From the NCBI GenBank assembly GCA_963747855.1, contig CAVVGN010000005.1:179304-243303 (forward strand): 64,000 bases of DNA, given 5' to 3'. A program made the position numbers and the translations under genes. The DNA is from an uncultured Alphaproteobacteria bacterium. Lineage in GTDB: Bacteria; Pseudomonadota; Alphaproteobacteria; Rhizobiales; Xanthobacteraceae. The notes beneath the pieces were generated by a model. That model ran no database searches, had not been told where the DNA came from, and saw only the letters and a list, made by a program, of their open reading frames with translations. Shown here in pieces: positions 58,503 through 64,000 of this stretch (its first letter is position 1; every line of letters begins with the position of its first letter).

Positions 58503-59042
58503 TCACTTCTCCACGAAGTCCGCGCATTTCTGGATCTGATCGTCCGCGCCCCACGGCATGATCGGCACCGACGAGGTCGAATTCTTCGGCGAGCCTTCGA
58601 TCAGGCGGTCGGAATAGACCATGTAGACCAGCACGTTCCGCTTGGTGTCGCAGCCGCGCACGATCTGCATCTTCTTGAAGAACAGCGAGCGGCGCGCGCG
58701 GAACACGTCCTCGCCCTGTTCGAATTTCGCTTTGATGCGGATCGGCCCGATCTGCCGGCAGGACAGCGAAATGTCCGAGACCTGTTCGGCGACGCCGAGC
58801 CAGCCCTTCACGCCGCCTTTTTCGGGCACGGTGAAATGGCAGGCGACGCCTTCGACGTCGGGATCGTCGATGCCGTAGGTCGCGAGCTTGTCGTTCGGCG
58901 TCAAAAGCTTGAACACCGTCGATCGCCGGAAAATCAGCTCCGGTTCGTCGGCGGCAATAGCCGGGGGAACGGTGAAGATCGCCACTAGCAACATGGCAAT
59001 GGACGAAGCGAAAGCCCTTTGCGCCGCGGCTGCGTAGCGCAT
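58503..59042 (-). CDS. creA: CreA-family periplasmic protein
   Basis: Signal peptide, then ...VACHFTVPEKGGVKGWLGVAEQVSDISLSCRQIGPI...LVYMVYSDRLIEGSPKNS. Confidence 0.85.
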   Translation of the reverse strand: MRYAAAAQRAFASSIAMLLVAIFTVPPAIAADEPELIFRRSTVFKLLTPNDKLATYGIDDPDVEGVACHFTVPEKGGVKGWLGVAEQVSDISLSCRQIGPIRIKAKFEQGEDVFRARRSLFFKKMQIVRGCDTKRNVLVYMVYSDRLIEGSPKNSTSSVPIMPWGADDQIQKCADFVEK

Positions 59043-59058
59043 TTCTTTTCCTCCTTTG

Positions 59059-59856
59059 TTACGACGGCACGTTTGTCGTCTTCCCCGGCCATTTGCACAG
59101 ATCCGCGATGATGCATTTCTCGCACAGCGGGCGGCGGGCGAGGCAGGTGTAACGGCCGTGCAGAATCAGCCAGTGGTGCGCATGCAACCGGTACTTCTCC
59201 GGCACCACGTCATTCAGCTTCATCTCGACGTCGTACGGCGTCTTGCCGACGGCCAAGCCCGTGCGGTTGCCGACGCGGAAGATGTGGGTGTCGACGGCGA
59301 TGGTCGGCTCGCCGAAGGCGATATTGAGCACGACGTTGGCGGTCTTCCTTCCGACGCCCGGCAAGGCTTCGAGCGCGCCGCGGTCGTGCGGCACTTGCCC
59401 GCCATGCCGGTCGACCAGCAGGCGCGACAGCGCCACCACGTTCTTCGCCTTGGTGCGGTAAAGCCCGATGGTCTTGACCAGGTCACGCACGCGCGCTTCG
59501 CCGAGCTTGACCATCTTCTCCGGCGTGTCGGCAAGCTTGAACACCGCCGGCGTCGCCTTGTTGACGCCGGCATCGGTCGCCTGCGCGGACAGGACGACGG
59601 CGACCAAGAGCGTGAACGGATTGATGTGCTGCAATTCGCCCTTCGGCGCCGGATTGGCGGCGGCGAACCGGCGGAAGGCTTCCTCGATGTCGGCTTTGGT
59701 CCATTGCGGCAATTCGCCATGCGCGGCCTTGGTGTCGGCTTTTCCTCGCGCCTTGCCGCCTTTGACGCGCGCCGCGTTGCCCTTGCGGGCGGCCTTGAGG
59801 CTTTGCCGCGTGGTCTTCCAGCGGGTCTTGACCTTGTGAGTGGTTTTGCGCGCCAT
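59059..59856 (-). CDS. nth: Endonuclease III with a Lys-rich N-terminal extension
   Basis: LLVAVVLSAQATD, HhH LPGVGRKTANVVL, DTHIFRV, and the Fe-S cluster C-x6-C-x2-C-x5-C (CLARRPLCEKCIIADLC). Confidence 0.9.
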   Translation of the reverse strand: MARKTTHKVKTRWKTTRQSLKAARKGNAARVKGGKARGKADTKAAHGELPQWTKADIEEAFRRFAAANPAPKGELQHINPFTLLVAVVLSAQATDAGVNKATPAVFKLADTPEKMVKLGEARVRDLVKTIGLYRTKAKNVVALSRLLVDRHGGQVPHDRGALEALPGVGRKTANVVLNIAFGEPTIAVDTHIFRVGNRTGLAVGKTPYDVEMKLNDVVPEKYRLHAHHWLILHGRYTCLARRPLCEKCIIADLCKWPGKTTNVPS

Positions 59857-59877
59857 CTTTCCCGTATAGTGAGCGCC

Positions 59878-60417
59878 ATGGACGACGACAACAGCCGCCG
59901 CGGCAGTGATCAGGACGCCGACGATGACGCCGAGCCGGCGATCTTTTCGGCGCTGATCACACCGTACCGTTCGCTCGGCTCGACCGGGTTCCTGATCCTC
60001 ATGCTCGCGATAGGCGGCTTGAGCTTTATCTCCGGCGTAGCCTTCCTGCTGCTCGGCGCCTGGCCGGTGTTCGGCTTCCTCGGCCTCGATGTGCTTTTGG
60101 TCTATGTCGCGTTCCGCGCCAATTTCCGCGCCGCGCGCGCTTATGAGGAGGTGAAGGTCACCGCCTCGGAACTGACTTTGCGCAAGGTCAGCCCTCGCGG
60201 CGGCGTGCGGGAATGGACGCTCAACCCGGTCTGGGTACAGCTCGACCGGATCGTGCACGAGGAATTCGGCATCGAGCGGCTGTTTCTGGTGTCGCTCGGC
60301 CGGCGGCTTTCGATCGCCTCGTTCCTCGGACCCGACGAGAAGGCAAGCTTCGCGCAGGCGCTGTCCAACGCGCTCGGCGAGGCCCGGCGCGGACCGACAC
60401 GGACAGCGGTGGAGTAG
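59878..60417 (+). CDS. DUF2244-family integral membrane protein
   Basis: Acidic N-terminus, two TM helices, then the EEVKVTASELTLRKV...NPVWVQL region typical of DUF2244 (from memory). Confidence 0.7.
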   Translation: MDDDNSRRGSDQDADDDAEPAIFSALITPYRSLGSTGFLILMLAIGGLSFISGVAFLLLGAWPVFGFLGLDVLLVYVAFRANFRAARAYEEVKVTASELTLRKVSPRGGVREWTLNPVWVQLDRIVHEEFGIERLFLVSLGRRLSIASFLGPDEKASFAQALSNALGEARRGPTRTAVE

Positions 60418-60422
60418 GAGAG

Positions 60423-60570
60423 CCCTCACCTCTCCCCGGCGGGGAGAGGTCGACTTCCGAGCGAAGCGAAGGAAGTCGGGTGAGGGGGTTCCAATCTCGC
60501 GGTCTGATCCCCCCTCACCCGGTTCGCAGCAAGCACTGCTCGCCGACCTCTCCCCACCGGGGAGAGGTGT
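60423..60570. repeat. Two tandem REP-like units of the CCCTCACC ... CTCTCCCC-N3/4-GGGGAGAG family
   Basis: Unit 1 (60423..60486) is CCCTCACC [ACCTCTCCCC-GGC-GGGGAGAGGT][CGACTTCC-N12-GGAAGTCG] GGTGAGGG. Unit 2 carries CCCCTCACCC ... GACCTCTCCCC-ACC-GGGGAGAGGT. A related copy lies at 63270..63302. Confidence 0.6.
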
Positions 60571-60631
60571 TAGGATCGCGGGTCAGAAATCGGGTGGGTT
60601 GGAGCCCGGCTAGGCCTTAAATGGGGCACAG

Positions 60632-61537
60632 ATGATGGAGGCCGCCATGCTGTCACCCGATCGCCTGCCCGATCTGTCGCCGCTTGCTGCCGCGGCCGCC
60701 GATTACGACGTGGTGCGCAAAGCCATCGGCCACATCCGCGGCCATTGGCGCGAGCAGCCGGAGATCGAGACCATCGCCGAAGCCGCAGGCGTCACCCCGA
60801 CCGAGCTGCATCACCTGTTCCGGCGCTGGGCCGGGCTGACGCCGAAGGCGTTCTTGCAGGCGCTCACACTCGACGGCGCGCGGCAGCTACTCCGCGAATC
60901 CGCGAGCGTGCTCGATGCGACGTATGAAGTCGGCCTGTCCGGTCCCAGCCGGCTGCACGATTTGTTCGTGACACACGAAGCGATGTCACCGGGTGAGTGG
61001 AAGTCCGGCGGCGAGGGTCTGGAGATGCGCTATGGATTCCATCCCTCGCCATTCGGCACCGCGCTGATCATGGCGACACCGCGGGGCCTCGCCGGGCTCG
61101 CGCTCGCCGACGCCGGCAAGGAGCGCGCCGCCCTCGCCGACATGCGGCACCGCTGGCCGAAAGCGAAATACGTCGAGGACGCCGCCGCCACCGCGCCGCT
61201 CGCCCGCCGCATTTTCGATCCGTCGCAGTGGCGGGCGGATCAGCCGCTCCGCATCGTGCTGATCGGCACCGGCTGGGAAGTGCGCGTGTGGGAAGCGCTG
61301 CTGAAAATCCCGATGGGCCGGCTCACCACCTATTCGACCATCGCCGGCAGGGTCTGCACGCCGGCGGCCGCGCGCGCGGTCGGCGCCGCAATCGGCAAAA
61401 ATCCGATCTGCTTCGTCGTCCCCTGCCATCGCGTGGTCGGCAAGTCCGCCGACCTCACCGGCTATCACTGGGGCATTACGCGCAAGCGCGCCATGCTCGG
61501 CTGGGAAGCCGGCCAGGTCGCGGCGACGGCGGCGTGA
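60632..61537 (+). CDS. Bifunctional AraC-type HTH regulator / methylated-DNA-protein-cysteine methyltransferase (Ada/Ogt-like)
   Basis: HTH region (IETIAEAAGVTPTELHHLFRRWAGLTPKAFL) and a C-terminal active site VPCHRVV preceded by IPMGRLTTYSTIA. Confidence 0.85.
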   Translation: MMEAAMLSPDRLPDLSPLAAAAADYDVVRKAIGHIRGHWREQPEIETIAEAAGVTPTELHHLFRRWAGLTPKAFLQALTLDGARQLLRESASVLDATYEVGLSGPSRLHDLFVTHEAMSPGEWKSGGEGLEMRYGFHPSPFGTALIMATPRGLAGLALADAGKERAALADMRHRWPKAKYVEDAAATAPLARRIFDPSQWRADQPLRIVLIGTGWEVRVWEALLKIPMGRLTTYSTIAGRVCTPAAARAVGAAIGKNPICFVVPCHRVVGKSADLTGYHWGITRKRAMLGWEAGQVAATAA

Positions 61538-61546
61538 CGCCCGGAT

Positions 61547-61625
61547 CGTCATTGCGAGCGAAGCGAAGCAATCCAGCGGCATACCAAGTCTGGATTGCTT
61601 CGTCGCTACGCTCCTCGCAATGACG
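61547..61625. repeat. REP-like long imperfect palindrome between convergent genes (CGTCATTGCGAGCGAAGCGAAGCAATCCAG ... CTGGATTGCTTCGTCGCTACGCTCCTCGCAATGACG)
   Basis: Read directly. The left arm is homologous to the module at 58390..58425. May serve as a bidirectional terminator. Confidence 0.65.
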
Positions 61626-61635
61626 AAGAAAAAAT

Positions 61636-62259
61636 CTACGCCGCCAGCTCCCGCTTTTCCGCCACGCTCGCGTCGGCATTGAGCCGGTAGATCAGCGGCA
61701 CGCCGGTCGCGATCTCGCGCGCGACGATCTGATCCGGCGACAGATGCTCCAGCTGCATGATCAAAGCGCGCAGCGAATTGCCATGCGCAGCGACGATGAC
61801 GTTGTCGCCAGCGAGCACCCGCGGCAGGATTTTCTGCTCGTAGTAAGGCAACACGCGCGCGGCAGTGTCTTGCAGACTCTCGCCGCCGGGCGGCGCGATG
61901 TCGTAGGAACGCCGCCACAGCTTGACCTGCTCCTCGCCCCATTTGGCGCGCGCATCGTCCTTGTTCAATCCGGACAGGTCGCCGTAATCGCGCTCGTTGA
62001 GCGCCTTGTCTTTGATGACGGCGAGATCGTTCTGGCCGATCTCTTCGAGCATCAGATCGAGCGAATCCTGCGCGCGAACGAGCGCCGAAGTGAACGCGAT
62101 ATCGAAGCCAAGCCCCTCCGCCTTGAGCCGGCGGCCGGCGGCGCGCGCCTCGGCGACGCCTTTGTCTGTCAGACCGACGTCGCGCCAGCCGGTAAACAAA
62201 TTCAGCTTGTTCCATTCGCTCTCGCCGTGGCGCACGAGCACGAGCAGACGATCACCCAT
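61636..62259 (-). CDS. gpmA: 2,3-bisphosphoglycerate-dependent phosphoglycerate mutase
   Basis: [20 protein letters not shown]...[10 protein letters not shown]. Start at MGDRLL, overlapping the dapB stop. Confidence 0.9.
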   Translation of the reverse strand: MGDRLLVLVRHGESEWNKLNLFTGWRDVGLTDKGVAEARAAGRRLKAEGLGFDIAFTSALVRAQDSLDLMLEEIGQNDLAVIKDKALNERDYGDLSGLNKDDARAKWGEEQVKLWRRSYDIAPPGGESLQDTAARVLPYYEQKILPRVLAGDNVIVAAHGNSLRALIMQLEHLSPDQIVAREIATGVPLIYRLNADASVAEKRELAA

Positions 62260-63087
62260 CAGAGTGTCCCCAGCCCCAGCACGTCCGCCATGGAATAGAG
62301 GCCTGGCTTCTGACCGCGCGCCCACAAAGCCGCATGCAGCGCGCCGCGGGCGAAGATCATGCGGTCTTCGGCGCGGTGCGTGAGCTCGATCCGCTCGGCC
62401 GGCCCGGCGAAAATCACCGTGTGGTCGCCGACGACCGTGCCGCCGCGTAGCGAGGCAAAGCCGATATCCGCGGCGCGGCGCGCGCCGGTCAGCCCGTCCC
62501 GCCCGCGCACCGCATGCGCCGCGAGACTAAGCCCACGGCCTTCGGCGGCGGCACGGCCGAGCATCAGCGCGGTGCCGGACGGCGCGTCGACCTTCCGGTT
62601 GTGATGCATTTCCAGAATCTCGATGTCGTAAGTCTCGTCAAGCGTCTGCGCCACGCGCTTGACCAAAGCAGCAAGCAGATTGACGCCGAGAACTCATGTT
62701 GCCGGACTTGACGATCCGCGCGCCGGCGGCCGCCGTGGCGATCAGCTTGTCCTCTTCGGCGGAATGGCCGGTGGTGCCGATCACATGCACGATCCCGGCC
62801 TTGGCGGTGAGTTCGGCCAGCGCCACAGTCGCCGCCGGAATGGTGAATTCGATCAGGCTATCGGCGGACTTGATGAGCGGCGCGGCATCGCTCGTGACCT
62901 TGATGCCGTTCGGACCGAGCCCGGCAAGCTCGCCAGCGTCGCGGCCAATCACCGCCGAATCCGCCGCCTCGATCGCGCCGGCCAAGGTGACGCCCTTGCT
63001 AGCGGCAAGGGCATGGATCAGCGTTCGCCCCATGCGCCCGCCGGCGCCGGCAATCACCAGTCGCATGTCCGAATGTGCCGCAGCCAT
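62259..63087 (-). pseudogene. dapB: 4-hydroxy-tetrahydrodipicolinate reductase, interrupted as assembled by one extra base at about 62691
   Basis: ORF 62638..63186 (MRLVIAGAGGRMGR...VKSGNMS) and ORF 62259..62666 ([33 protein letters not shown]...). Deleting one T from AGT-T-CTC restores [15 protein letters not shown]. Confidence 0.9.
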
Positions 63088-63143
63088 CGCCAGTCGCCTT
63101 TCAGGCGGCGGGTATAGCGGCAGGTCGTGGTGGCGGCAACTAC

Positions 63144-63302
63144 ACCTCTCCTCGTGTACGTGGAGAGGTTGGATTGCCATAAGCACGTTTACGCGCGTCT
63201 TCGACGCGCTGTGGCAATCCGGGTGAGGGCGCTTTACCGCGATTCTGACCCCGGCGTGAAAGGCCCCTCATCCCGACCTTCTCCCCGCACGCGGGGAGAA
63301 GG
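63144..63302. repeat. REP-like hairpins (CCTCTCC-N11-GGAGAGG; GGGTGAGGG; TTCTCCCCGC-AC-GCGGGGAGAA)
   Basis: Read directly. Same general family as 60423..60570. Confidence 0.5.
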
Positions 63303-63308
63303 AGCTGA

Positions 63309-63617
63309 TTACGACTGCTGGCCGTCGTAACCCTCGATCACTACGAGATCGACGTCGGCGTGCGGTTTGCGCAACGGGATCGCCTTCGCATATTCAGGCG
63401 AATTGTAACAATCGAGTGCGACCCGATAGCTGGAAAACTCGATGACAATGACCCGGCTGCGCGCCTTGCCTTCCTTGAGTTCACTCTGGCCGGCACGCAC
63501 GACATAGCGCCCGCCGAATTTGCGCAACACGTCCTGGAGGGCGGCGACATAATGCTTGTAGCTGTCCGGATTGCGCACATCGACCTGCGCAAGCCAATAA
63601 CCGTTGGCCATTGTCAC
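63309..63617 (-). CDS. DUF1330-domain protein
   Basis: 102 aa: GYWLAQVDVRNPDSYKHYV...RYVVRAG...VVIEFSSYRVALDCYNSPEYAKA. Confidence 0.8.
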   Translation of the reverse strand: MTMANGYWLAQVDVRNPDSYKHYVAALQDVLRKFGGRYVVRAGQSELKEGKARSRVIVIEFSSYRVALDCYNSPEYAKAIPLRKPHADVDLVVIEGYDGQQS

Positions 63618-63711
63618 CTCCCCTTCGCCGCTTGCTCGATCTCTTCCACGACGGATTCCGCAGCCGCTCGTGAGCGAACTAACCTAAATCGCATATTGAA
63701 ACTGGATCGCT

Positions 63712-64000
63712 CTAAGCCGCGGCGTGACGACTGTTAGTCGCTTCTTCCACTTCCGCGAATATCTTCTCGAGCATGCGAGTTTTGGATGGAGCATTCAGGA
63801 CGGCGCGGCCCACCACTAAATAATCGGCTCCAGCGTCAATAGCTTCTTTTGGAGTAACGGTCCGACGTTGATCATTTACCGCGGCCCCCATGGGCCGAAT
63901 TCCTGGAGTTACAATTGTAAGCTTCTGTCTGTTTGCGAGTGCCCTAATCATCGCTACTTCTTGACCCGAAGCAATCACGCCATCTGCTCCAGCGGTGATA
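63712..64000 (-). CDS. pyrF: Orotidine-5-phosphate decarboxylase, C-terminal part; gene continues beyond the window end
   Basis: ...ASGQEVAMIR...IVTPGIRPMGAAVNDQRRTVTPKEAIDAGADYLVVGRAV. The reading frame is open to position 64000. Confidence 0.85.
   Translation of the reverse strand, partial: ITAGADGVIASGQEVAMIRALANRQKLTIVTPGIRPMGAAVNDQRRTVTPKEAIDAGADYLVVGRAVLNAPSKTRMLEKIFAEVEEATNSRHAAA

Noticed and set aside
59056-59877. Upstream two-thirds of the 453-aa plus-strand ORF 59056..60417
   Set aside because: This part is antisense to endonuclease III. Only the segment from the ATG at 59878 (the DUF2244 protein) looks real.
60423-60570. Possible CRISPR array, suggested by the repeated palindromic GGGGAGAG units
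   Set aside because: There are only two units, they have irregular spacing and non-identical sequence, and no cas genes are present. Related copies are dispersed singly elsewhere, for example at 63270..63302. This is REP-like behaviour, not CRISPR.
60986-62215. 409-aa minus-strand ORF overlapping ada/ogt and gpmA
   Set aside because: It runs out of frame through gpmA and antisense to ada/ogt, and its translation is an Arg-rich low-complexity sequence.

Overview
High-GC (roughly 63-65%) chromosomal segment. Its gene order and dispersed REP-like repeats look like a Bradyrhizobiaceae/Nitrobacteraceae-type alphaproteobacterium (inference from memory, no search run). I found no rRNA, tRNA, CRISPR array, IS element, integrase or prophage, so this reads as core chromosome rather than an accessory island.

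Gene content, left to right:
- pckA (partial), a HugZ-like gene, then chvI-chvG-hprK-EIIA(Man)-HPr.
- A UdgX-type uracil-DNA glycosylase and ahcY.
- Three envelope glycosyltransferase genes: DUF2029 GT-C, ArnT-like GT-C, and a GT2-GtrA fusion.
- lepA, an L,D-transpeptidase and mepA.
- modABC.
- A sugar-acid-like cluster: IlvD/Edd dehydratase, PEP-mutase family, GNAT, SDR, DenD-like.
- sfsA, map, radC.
- An orphan response regulator, a ROK protein and an FAD oxidoreductase.
- An eroded exopolysaccharide locus: an ExoP-like protein with a degenerate kinase domain, plus a chimeric O-antigen-ligase/FkbH remnant.
- pit.
- urtABCDE-ureD-ureA-[DUF4375]-ureB-[381 nt spacer]-ureC.
- A class III cyclase, creA, nth, ada/ogt, gpmA, dapB, DUF1330 and pyrF (partial).

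Two window-wide observations:
- At least ten single-nucleotide indels sit in short homopolymers and break otherwise well-conserved genes (lepA, DUF488, ROK, FkbH-like, DUF4375, ureC twice, dapB). Because dapB is normally essential, I favour assembly error over real pseudogenes.
- Several REP-like repeat families are concentrated between 56.8 and 63.3 kb.

I did not find a clear-cut novel multi-gene system such as a defence island. The most interesting candidates are the low-GC DUF4375/DMP19-like gene translationally coupled to ureB, the UdgX-like enzyme, the GT-C/GT2 envelope glycosylation trio, and the decayed EPS locus. All functional calls come from reading the translated ORFs and recalling family motifs; no database search was run.
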